From Terriglobia bacterium (GTDB taxonomy: Bacteria > Acidobacteriota > Polarisedimenticolia > Polarisedimenticolales > JAIQFR01), in contig JAIQFR010000012.1 in NCBI GenBank assembly GCA_020073205.1, positions 747 to 64,746 of the forward strand: 64,000 bases of DNA. The letters run 5' to 3'. Positions 57,093 through 64,000 of the stretch are shown in pieces. The number at the start of each line of letters is the position of its first letter. The stretch's first letter is position 1. The notes beneath the pieces are model-generated. The model saw only the letters and a program-made list of their open reading frames with translations, was not told the origin of the DNA and did not search any database. A program made the position numbers and the translations under genes.

Positions 57093-57112
57093 GGACGGGA
57101 CCTCGACCCGGG

Positions 57113-58303
57113 TCAGCGCGTGAGCACCGTGGGGACCACCGACATCCCGGGGCGCAGCACGTGCTCCGGGTCCTGGTCTTTCTCGAGGACGATCTTCACC
57201 GGGACGCGCTGGACGACCTTCACGAAGTTCCCGGTGGCGTTCTCCGGGGGGAGAAGGCTGAATTTCGCCGCGGTCGCGCCGCCGATGCTCTCCACGTGAC
57301 CGCGATACGTGCGGGCGTAGGCGTCCACGTAGACGCTCGCCGGCTGCCCCGGCCGCATCCGCCTCAGCTGGCTCTCCTTGTAGTTCGCCACGACCCAGAT
57401 CCGGTCCAGCGGGACCAGCGCGAGCAGCGGCTGGCCGCCCTGGATCACCTGGCCGGGCTGCACGCTCTTGCGGCTGACGATGCCGGCGGCCGGCGCACGG
57501 ATCTCCACGTAGCCGAGGTTGAGCCTCGCTTGATCGAGCAGCGCCTGGTTCTTCGCGGCCCCCGCCTCCGCCGCGGCCGCGCGGGCGCGGGAGACCTCAA
57601 CCTGCCCCGCGGCGGTCCCGGCGGCGCGATGCTGGGCTTCCGCCTGCGCCACGCGGCTGCTCGCGGACAGAACCGCCGCCTCGGCCGCCTCCACCGACGA
57701 GCGGGCGGCCGTCTCGGCGGCGACGGCGGCGTCGAACTGCTGCCTCGAGATCTCGTCCTTCTCCACGAGCTTCCGGTACCGCTCGAGATCGGACGCCGCC
57801 CGGACGTGGTTGGCCTTGGCCTCGGTCAGGCGCGCTCCCGCGGCACCCGCTTCCTGCTTCGCCGCCGCGACCGCGGCCCGCGCGCCGGCGAGCTGGCTCG
57901 CCGTGCTGGTCTCGGTGATCGGGATCGCGGTCTTCGCCGCCAGCGCCCCCGCCCGGGCGTCGGCCAGCTCCGCCTCGGCCTTGCGCGCGGCGACCTCGTA
58001 GTCGCTTGCGTCGATCCGCACCAGCACGGCGCCCGACGGAACCTGCTGGTTGTCGTCCACGAGAACTTCTTTCACCGTCCCCCCGATCCGCGCGCTGATC
58101 GGAACGATGTTCCCCTCGATCTGGGCGTCGTCGGTGGATTCGCGCACGCGCCCGTGGATCCAGAACGCCAGCCCCACGATCGCCACCAGGAGCGCGCCTC
58201 CGGGGATCACGAGGCGCGCCAGACCACGCTGCCTCGAGCTCAATCCCGCCCGCGGAGCGGGCCCCGCCGGCGCCCCTTCAGGCTCGATGCGCGGTTCCGT
58301 CAT
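57113..58303 (-). CDS. HlyD/EmrA-family membrane fusion protein
   Basis: N-terminal TM, TDDAQIEGNIVPISARIGGTV, a long Ala-rich coiled coil, and the C-terminal beta-barrel motif VKVVQRVPVKI. Confidence 0.9.
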   Translation of the reverse strand: MTEPRIEPEGAPAGPAPRAGLSSRQRGLARLVIPGGALLVAIVGLAFWIHGRVRESTDDAQIEGNIVPISARIGGTVKEVLVDDNQQVPSGAVLVRIDASDYEVAARKAEAELADARAGALAAKTAIPITETSTASQLAGARAAVAAAKQEAGAAGARLTEAKANHVRAASDLERYRKLVEKDEISRQQFDAAVAAETAARSSVEAAEAAVLSASSRVAQAEAQHRAAGTAAGQVEVSRARAAAAEAGAAKNQALLDQARLNLGYVEIRAPAAGIVSRKSVQPGQVIQGGQPLLALVPLDRIWVVANYKESQLRRMRPGQPASVYVDAYARTYRGHVESIGGATAAKFSLLPPENATGNFVKVVQRVPVKIVLEKDQDPEHVLRPGMSVVPTVLTR

Positions 58304-59772
58304 TGCGTGCCTCCTCCGCCGCCGTCAAGGAGCGTCGGAAGCGACCGCTCGGCGGCCCCGACCGCGCGGGACAGCGCGAGCCGCGCCACGTTGTGGGCGT
58401 ACAGTGCGGACAGGTAGTTGTCGGAGGCGGTGGCGAGGGCATCCTGCGCCTGCACCACCTCGAGGTTCCCGACGACTCCCGACGCGAACCGATCCTGGAC
58501 CTGGCGGATCTGCTCGTCGGCCAGGTCGAGCGCCTCGCGGGCGACCTTCACCCGCTCCCCCGCCGCATCGACGTCCAGGAGGGCCGCGCGGACGTCGTAC
58601 TCGATTCTCGCGCGGAGGTCGTCCCGGCGGGCGCGGATCTGCGCGAGCGCGGCATCGTCCAGGCGGACGTTGGCGCGGATGCGACCTCCCTCGAAGAGGG
58701 GGACCCTGATGCCGACCCCCACCGCGAACGTCCGCTCGAGGCGCGGCCCGGTGGGGCCGATCCAGCCGACGTCCGCGTTGAACCGGATCGAGGGAAGGCC
58801 GTCGAATCGGTCCGCCCGGCGGTTCGTCTCCGCGGCTCCGAGCGCGGCCTCGGCCCGCCTAAGATCGGGGCGCGACCGGAGCGCCTCGTCGATCGCGGCG
58901 CCCGGCGAGAGGAGCGGCGCGGAGACGTAGGCGAGCTTGTCCGCCAGGTCGAAGTCCTGAACGAGGGGGAGGCCGATCGCTCGCGCGAGCGCCAGCTTCT
59001 GCTTGGCGAACTCGTTCTCGTAGAAGATCACGCGCTGCCGCTGCGCCGCCCGCTGCACCCGGGCGCGAAGCACCTCGATGCCGGCCACCACCCCCGCCTC
59101 CTTGAGGCGCTCCGCGCGCTCGAGGAGAGCGACGGCGACGGCGTCCTGGGCGCGTGCGGCCTCGATCCGGCTCGCCCCGAGGGCGGCATCGAGATACAGC
59201 GACGCGCAGGTCAGAACCACCATCTCCCGCGCGTCGCGATAGCCGTGCTTCGCCGCCTCGAGCCCCAGAGCGCCCGCCCGCGCGCGCTCGAGCGCCGCGA
59301 GATCCAGGATCGGCTGGGCCACGTAGATCCTGGCGTCGGTCACGTTGAACGGTCCCACGACCGGAGACTCTCCCGGCGCGACCGGGAAGCCGTAGGCCTC
59401 CAAGTCGATCTCCTGGCGCGAGCCGTACAGGAACCCGTTGAGGTCCGGCAGAAGGCCGCCTCGCGTCAGGTCGCGCCCGGCCTCCGCCGCCCGCACCGTT
59501 TGCGCCCCGAGGATCGCGCCCAGGTTCTGCCTCAGGCCCCGCTGCACCGCGTCCGCGAGGGTGAGCGAGAGCCTCCCCACGGTCGCGGAGCCCTCGGGGA
59601 CCCCGCCGAGGAACGAGTTCCCCGCGGGCGCGCCCCCCAGCATCCACGGCGTCCGTTCCTGGGCCATCGCGGGTACGGCGAGCGCCGTAGCCAGGATCAC
59701 GGCCGCCCGCCGGGGCGACGGTCCTCGCCTCGCTCGTGCTCCCCCCGCGCGTGTCGCTTCGGTCACGGTCAT
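58300..59772 (-). CDS. TolC-family outer membrane efflux protein
   Basis: Signal peptide and a duplicated helical/beta repeat architecture (two ...L..A...Y.....D.. repeats). ATGA overlap with the HlyD-like gene. Confidence 0.85.
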   Translation of the reverse strand: MTVTEATRAGGARARRGPSPRRAAVILATALAVPAMAQERTPWMLGGAPAGNSFLGGVPEGSATVGRLSLTLADAVQRGLRQNLGAILGAQTVRAAEAGRDLTRGGLLPDLNGFLYGSRQEIDLEAYGFPVAPGESPVVGPFNVTDARIYVAQPILDLAALERARAGALGLEAAKHGYRDAREMVVLTCASLYLDAALGASRIEAARAQDAVAVALLERAERLKEAGVVAGIEVLRARVQRAAQRQRVIFYENEFAKQKLALARAIGLPLVQDFDLADKLAYVSAPLLSPGAAIDEALRSRPDLRRAEAALGAAETNRRADRFDGLPSIRFNADVGWIGPTGPRLERTFAVGVGIRVPLFEGGRIRANVRLDDAALAQIRARRDDLRARIEYDVRAALLDVDAAGERVKVAREALDLADEQIRQVQDRFASGVVGNLEVVQAQDALATASDNYLSALYAHNVARLALSRAVGAAERSLPTLLDGGGGGTQ

Positions 59773-59874
59773 TCGCGATCCGCCTGGCCGGCTCCGCCCG
59801 GCTCCCGCCGTCCCGCGCGGAGCGCGACATGCCGGTCGAGGATAATGAAGGCGGGATCGGCCTGCAAAGCCGCG

Positions 59875-59902
59875 AGTATACCTACACCCCGCTCGCCTGC
59901 AA
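59875..59902 (-). promoter_or_regulatory. Sigma70-like promoter candidate for the efflux operon, flanked by direct repeat GCCTGCAA
   Basis: The minus strand reads TTGCAG-16 nt-TATACT. GCCTGCAA occurs twice on the plus strand (59860..59867 and 59895..59902), flanking a GTATAC palindrome. Confidence 0.35.
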
Positions 59903-59952
59903 TACGGGTGGCCGCCGTCCTGGCGGCCCGGCGCGCCACGCGAAGCGGCTTC

Positions 59953-60474
59953 CTACGACCCCGATGGGCCGGGCCGCGCCGCGCCCGACCGCGACGGCCC
60001 GGGCCGGACGGACGCCTGAGGTCGCGCCGCCATGCCGCGCTCCGACGGACGGACGCCGCGCGTTCCCAGGGCGGCAAACGGAGGCCACGCCTCGGACCGC
60101 GGATAGCGGAACGGCATCACGCCGGGAAAGCCGTACACGCCGCGGTAGGGTGCGACGTACCTCGGGCACGAGGACACGGCCGGGTGCAGGAGCCCCTCGG
60201 TGACGGAACGCTCGATCTCGTAATCGCGCTCCGCATCCACGCGGGCGTACTCGCGATCGAGGAAGGCCTGCACGAACTCCCACTCCCCCTCGTCCCGCGT
60301 CCGGACGGCCTCGTCCGGCCCGCTCGGAGGGCCGAACTTCAGGAGGTCGGCGTTGGTGTAGAGCGGGACGCTCTCTTCGGGGGCCGTGCCGGTCGGCGGC
60401 GGCTCGGCGCGGAGCACCCCCGGGGCCACCAGGACCCCGACCGCCAGAGCCGTCATCAGGCCGATCGCGCGCAT
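59953..60474 (-). CDS. Secreted hypothetical protein
   Basis: Listed ORF 59953..60516 was trimmed to ATG 60474 (MRAIGLMTALAVGVLVAPGVLRAE, signal peptide). Confidence 0.5.
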   Translation of the reverse strand: MRAIGLMTALAVGVLVAPGVLRAEPPPTGTAPEESVPLYTNADLLKFGPPSGPDEAVRTRDEGEWEFVQAFLDREYARVDAERDYEIERSVTEGLLHPAVSSCPRYVAPYRGVYGFPGVMPFRYPRSEAWPPFAALGTRGVRPSERGMAARPQASVRPGPSRSGAARPGPSGS

Positions 60475-60562
60475 GGGAGAAGAGTACGCCCAACCCCGGC
60501 CGGCCGCCACTCGCAAGAACGGCGCCCGGTCGCCCGGAGGGGGGGCCCGAGGTCGCCTCGGC

Positions 60563-60796
60563 TCAGAACGTGTAACCGATGCCGGTCGTGACCGCGAGCC
60601 CCTCGGATCCCCATGCCAGGTCGAGGCGCCCGACGATGTTGGGCTCGACCACCGCTCGAAGTCCGAGCCCCCAGCTTCGGTGGACGGCCGGCAGGGCCAC
60701 GAACCGCGGCGTGTGGGGGTCGCTCTCGGCGGCGGAGGCGGCTCCGGAGAGTGCCAGCAGCAGTATCAAGGACGAGCGGACCGTTGGCTTCGTCAC
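60563..60796 (-). CDS. Small secreted protein ending in aromatic residue (possible outer-membrane-associated)
   Basis: This is the only plausible part of listed 1109-aa ORF 60563..63892. AGGAGA-N2-GTG 60796, signal peptide (SSLILLLALSGAASAAE), and a C-terminus of GIGYTF. Confidence 0.4.
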   Translation of the reverse strand: MTKPTVRSSLILLLALSGAASAAESDPHTPRFVALPAVHRSWGLGLRAVVEPNIVGRLDLAWGSEGLAVTTGIGYTF

Positions 60797-60946
60797 GGTC
60801 TCCTCTGGATGAGAGCGAAGAGGATACGCCCTCGTCACCGTATCGCGAAGGCACCGCCTTGACCTCGCGGAGCGGCTCGGCGTACGCTCGCCGCGGTTTC
60901 CCCCACGGGTGATCGCTCTCTCACCCCGGCGACGCGAGGTAGCGTC

Positions 60947-63900
60947 ATGCTCTGTCCACGCTGCGGCGAGTCGAACGAGGAGACGGCCTCCACCTGCTCC
61001 GCGTGCGGGTCCGCGCTCGCTCGCGGCGGGGATGCCGCCGCGCTCTCCGCCGCCGGATCGGGATCCCCAGGGCTCCCGGGGCGGGGACGGGCGGACGTCT
61101 CTCGAACGTCCGCCCCCACCGAGGCCGGATCCGGCGAGGGCCTCCCGCCGGACGTTTCCCCCGCGGGGAGCCGCCTGCAACCCGGGGCACGCCTCGGGAG
61201 CCGCTACGAGATCCTCGCGATCCTGGGTGAAGGGGGGATGGGAGCGGTCTACAAGGCCCGCGACCTGGAGCTGGATCGCGTGGTCGCGCTCAAGGTGATC
61301 CGGCCGGAGATGGCGGCCCATCCCCATATCATCGAGCGCTTCAAGCGGGAAATCCTGCTGGCAAGCCGGATCACCCACAGGAACGTCGTCCGCATCCACG
61401 ACCTCGGCGAGGCCGGAGACCTGAAGTTCATCTCGATGAACTTCGTCGAGGGAAGCAGCCTGCGGGCGCTCCTCGATCACGAAGGGCCCCTCTCTCTCGA
61501 GAAGGCGCTGGGCCTCCTGCGCCAGATCGCCGGCGGCCTCGAGGCCGCGCACGAAGCCGGGGTGGTTCATCGCGACCTCAAGCCTCAGAACGTTCTTCTC
61601 GACGCGGACGGGAGCGCGTACATCGCCGATTTCGGCATCTCGCGGACACTCGACCACGGGGGCACGATGACCGAGGACGGCGCGCTCGTGGGAACGGTGG
61701 CCTACATGTCCCCCGAGCAGGCTCGCGGCGAGACCCCCGACCACCGCAGCGACCTCTACTCGCTGGGCCTGATCCTCTACGAGATGCTGACCGGGTCGCT
61801 GCCGTTCCAGTCGGACAACGCGTTGTCCACGCTGATGAGGCGGGCCCAAGAGAACGTGCCGTCCATCCGGACGATTCGCTCCGACATCCCCGCTTGGCTG
61901 GCCGGCATCGTCGCGCGCTGCCTTCGTCGGGACAAGGCCGACCGCTACCCGAGTGCCGCGGACCTGCTCCGTGATCTCGACCGGGAGCACGCGTCGGTCG
62001 CCCTCGGCCGCCGGCGCATCCGGCGGGCCGTGTCGGGCGCCCTGCTCGTCTTGGCGCTGGCAGCCGTCGTCGCCGGAGGCGTCAGCTGGTTCCGGGCACG
62101 GCCGGCCCAGGTCGTGGAGCCGCAGGCGTCGCTCGTCCTCCTCCCCTTCCGGAACTCCACGGGGGACGCGCGCTACGACTGGACCCGCACGGGCCTGCCG
62201 GACCTGCTCCGATCGGACCTGCAGCAGTCGGCCGCCCTCCGCCTGCTCGGTGAAGACCGAGTGAGGGAGGTCCTCGACGGCTTGAAGCTCGACGGGGCAA
62301 ACGAGTTCGATCCGGCGTCGGTCCTTCGAATCTCGAAGCTCCTCGGCGCCGACAGCGTGGTAACCGGCGGCCTCCTGAAAGCCGGAGGCCAGTTCCGGCT
62401 CGACGCGCGCGTCTATCGGGTCGGCTCTTCGTCCATCTCTCGCGACGCGCCAGTCCGCGTGGAAGGGAAGGGGGAGGTCTCCCTGTTCGCCATGGTGGAC
62501 GACCTCGGCCAGAAGGTCCGCGAGGAGCTCGGCGTTTCCCGGCACTGGGGCGAGAGCCGGCGCGGCGCCAACGAGCTCACGACGCGGTCGGTGGACGCCC
62601 TCCGTCTGTATAGCGAGGGGGTGGGCCTCGCACGCGAGGGAGGCGACCTCGATGCGGCGAAGAGCCTCGAGGCGGCCCTCGCCCAGGATCCGGACTTCGC
62701 GGTCGCCCGCGCCCTCCTGGCCGAGACCTACGCCCGGCTCGGCAAGTCCGACGACGCCAAGCGCGAGGCAGACCGTGCGGTCGCGGGGCTGCGGCACGCC
62801 TCTCCGTACGAGGCCGCCCGCATCCGGGCGATCCAGGCCCAGCTCGCCGGCAACGCGGAGGCCGCCAGCAAGGCCTACCTGGATCTCTGCCGCATCGCTC
62901 CGAACGACGCCGAGGCCCTCGCGGATCTCGCTTCCTCTCAGGAGCAAGGCGGCAACCTCGCCGGGTCCCGCAATACGTTCCAGAAGGTGGTCGAGCTGGA
63001 TCCCAAGAACCCCAGTGCGCGGTACTCGCTCGGGCGGGTACAGGCAAAGCTCGGGAACACGGCCGAGGCGCTCAACGAACTCAACGCCGCCCTCGGGCTC
63101 CACGCCGCGTCCGGCAACGACCAGGGGCGAGCGGACGTCCTGAACGGACTGGGCAACATCTACTATCGCTCGCTGGGCAAGCGGGACGAGGCCCTCCGGT
63201 ACTACCGGGACTCGCTCGCGATCCGGGAGCGGATCGGGGACCAGAGGGGCGTCAGCGTCGCGCTCAACAACATCGCGCTGGTTCTCTACGACTCGGGGAA
63301 GTACGACGACGCGATCCTGACCGCGAAGCGTTCGCTCCACACGCTGGAGGGACTGGGAGACCGGGCTGGCACCGCGGAGGATTACCGGAACCTGGGCGAC
63401 ATCTACCAGGGAGCCGGGAAGGCGCAGGAGGCGCTCGACGCCTACCAGAAGAGCCTGGACATCCTGAGGGAGATCGGTGACGAGGCCAGCCTCGCCGGAA
63501 CCTTCGCCAGCATCGGCTACATGAAGGCCGTCCTCGGACAGTACAACGAGGCGTTCTTCTTCCAGCGTAGCGCCCTGGACAAGCGCCGCCAGCTGGGCGA
63601 GCCCTCGGACCTGCTTCGGTCGCTGATCGACATCGGGCTCGTGGAGCAGGTCCAGGGACGCTACGACGAGGCCCTCAAGTACTACAGCGAAGGGCTGCCG
63701 CTCTCGCGGAAGATCGGCGACCGCACGGCGACCGTCGTCCTGTTGGCCAATCTCTCGAACATCGAGCTGGACCAGGGAGAATTCGGCGCGGCACTGAGAT
63801 CCCTCGACGAAGCGCGGAAGACGGCCCGCGAGATCGGGGACCAGAACCTCGTGGCGACCACGCTCGCGTACCTCGGCGACACCCGCTGCCACCTGGGCGA

Positions 63901-64000
63901 CGCGTCCGGGGCGGTGGAGGCGCTCGACGAGGCTCTCGAGATCGCGAGGAAGATCGGCAGCTCGGCGCTCGAGGCGGAGATCCTCACGAATCGGGGCGAG
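60947..64000 (+). CDS. Ser/Thr protein kinase: zinc ribbon - Hanks kinase - TM - periplasmic domain - TPR repeats, 3' end outside window
   Basis: It is not in the ORF track because there is no stop before the window end. My translation from ATG 60947 gives MLCPRCGESNEETASTCSACG..., GEGGMGAVYKA, VALKVI, HRDLKPQNVLL, ADFGIS and YMSPEQ, then a TM (ALLVLALAAVVAGGV) and many TPR-like repeats to base 64000. Confidence 0.9.
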   Translation, partial: MLCPRCGESNEETASTCSACGSALARGGDAAALSAAGSGSPGLPGRGRADVSRTSAPTEAGSGEGLPPDVSPAGSRLQPGARLGSRYEILAILGEGGMGAVYKARDLELDRVVALKVIRPEMAAHPHIIERFKREILLASRITHRNVVRIHDLGEAGDLKFISMNFVEGSSLRALLDHEGPLSLEKALGLLRQIAGGLEAAHEAGVVHRDLKPQNVLLDADGSAYIADFGISRTLDHGGTMTEDGALVGTVAYMSPEQARGETPDHRSDLYSLGLILYEMLTGSLPFQSDNALSTLMRRAQENVPSIRTIRSDIPAWLAGIVARCLRRDKADRYPSAADLLRDLDREHASVALGRRRIRRAVSGALLVLALAAVVAGGVSWFRARPAQVVEPQASLVLLPFRNSTGDARYDWTRTGLPDLLRSDLQQSAALRLLGEDRVREVLDGLKLDGANEFDPASVLRISKLLGADSVVTGGLLKAGGQFRLDARVYRVGSSSISRDAPVRVEGKGEVSLFAMVDDLGQKVREELGVSRHWGESRRGANELTTRSVDALRLYSEGVGLAREGGDLDAAKSLEAALAQDPDFAVARALLAETYARLGKSDDAKREADRAVAGLRHASPYEAARIRAIQAQLAGNAEAASKAYLDLCRIAPNDAEALADLASSQEQGGNLAGSRNTFQKVVELDPKNPSARYSLGRVQAKLGNTAEALNELNAALGLHAASGNDQGRADVLNGLGNIYYRSLGKRDEALRYYRDSLAIRERIGDQRGVSVALNNIALVLYDSGKYDDAILTAKRSLHTLEGLGDRAGTAEDYRNLGDIYQGAGKAQEALDAYQKSLDILREIGDEASLAGTFASIGYMKAVLGQYNEAFFFQRSALDKRRQLGEPSDLLRSLIDIGLVEQVQGRYDEALKYYSEGLPLSRKIGDRTATVVLLANLSNIELDQGEFGAALRSLDEARKTAREIGDQNLVATTLAYLGDTRCHLGDASGAVEALDEALEIARKIGSSALEAEILTNRGE

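Noticed and set aside
59841-59846. GATAAT -10-like hexamer on the plus strand upstream of the efflux operon region
   Set aside because: There is no plus-strand gene downstream for about 1.1 kb and no matching -35. It is probably fortuitous.
60797-63892. Upstream 1032 codons of the listed 1109-aa minus-strand ORF (60563..63892)
   Set aside because: It is Arg/Pro/Gly/Glu-rich with no recognisable motif. It is exactly antisense to a plus-strand frame that encodes a complete Hanks kinase plus TPR repeats. This is a typical high-GC shadow ORF.

Overview
Very GC-rich bacterial chromosomal segment with third codon positions almost always G/C. This produces many long Arg/Pro/Gly-rich shadow ORFs in the six-frame track. 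I accept about 60 protein-coding genes, chosen by recognisable family motifs, hydrophobicity patterns and start/stop coupling. Reading by eye, I saw no rRNA, tRNA, CRISPR array, transposase or integrase. Content in order: (1) a partial class V aminotransferase, a GT-C-like membrane glycosyltransferase, a PilZ protein and several membrane or secreted hypotheticals. (2) A contiguous shikimate cluster: aroB, then a four-domain AroA-AroK-AroD-AroE fusion in the domain order of eukaryotic AROM, then aroC, with a DAHP synthase on the opposite strand. The DAHP synthase is divergent from a menaquinone cluster (menF-menD-menH-menB-menA-menE plus a convergent hotdog thioesterase; no menC seen). (3) A translationally coupled pair of clan-CD cysteine proteases, an alpha/beta-hydrolase-metacaspase fusion and a clostripain-like C11 peptidase, neither with a signal peptide. 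This is my top candidate for an undescribed system. (4) A PAS-GGDEF-EAL protein. (5) A GldA/F/G-like ABC transporter with a DUF4340 protein. (6) Assorted GNAT, DUF2156-like, HExxH, Fpg/Nei, GATase1 and PAP2 genes. (7) Two paralogous multiheme-cytochrome / 4Fe-4S / NrfD-like membrane modules on opposite strands. They flank a histidine kinase with two CxxCH motifs in its periplasmic loop and a sigma54-dependent NtrC-type regulator. A near-consensus sigma54 promoter and a TGTCA/TGACA repeat cluster lie in the shared intergenic region. (8) Nitrilase-family, aldo/keto reductase, DDAH-like and HtrA genes. (9) A TolC-HlyD-(cytidylate-kinase-like)-MFS efflux operon. (10) A Ser/Thr kinase with TPR repeats that runs off the 3' end and is missing from the ORF track because it has no stop. 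All functional calls come from motif recognition by eye; no database search was run.
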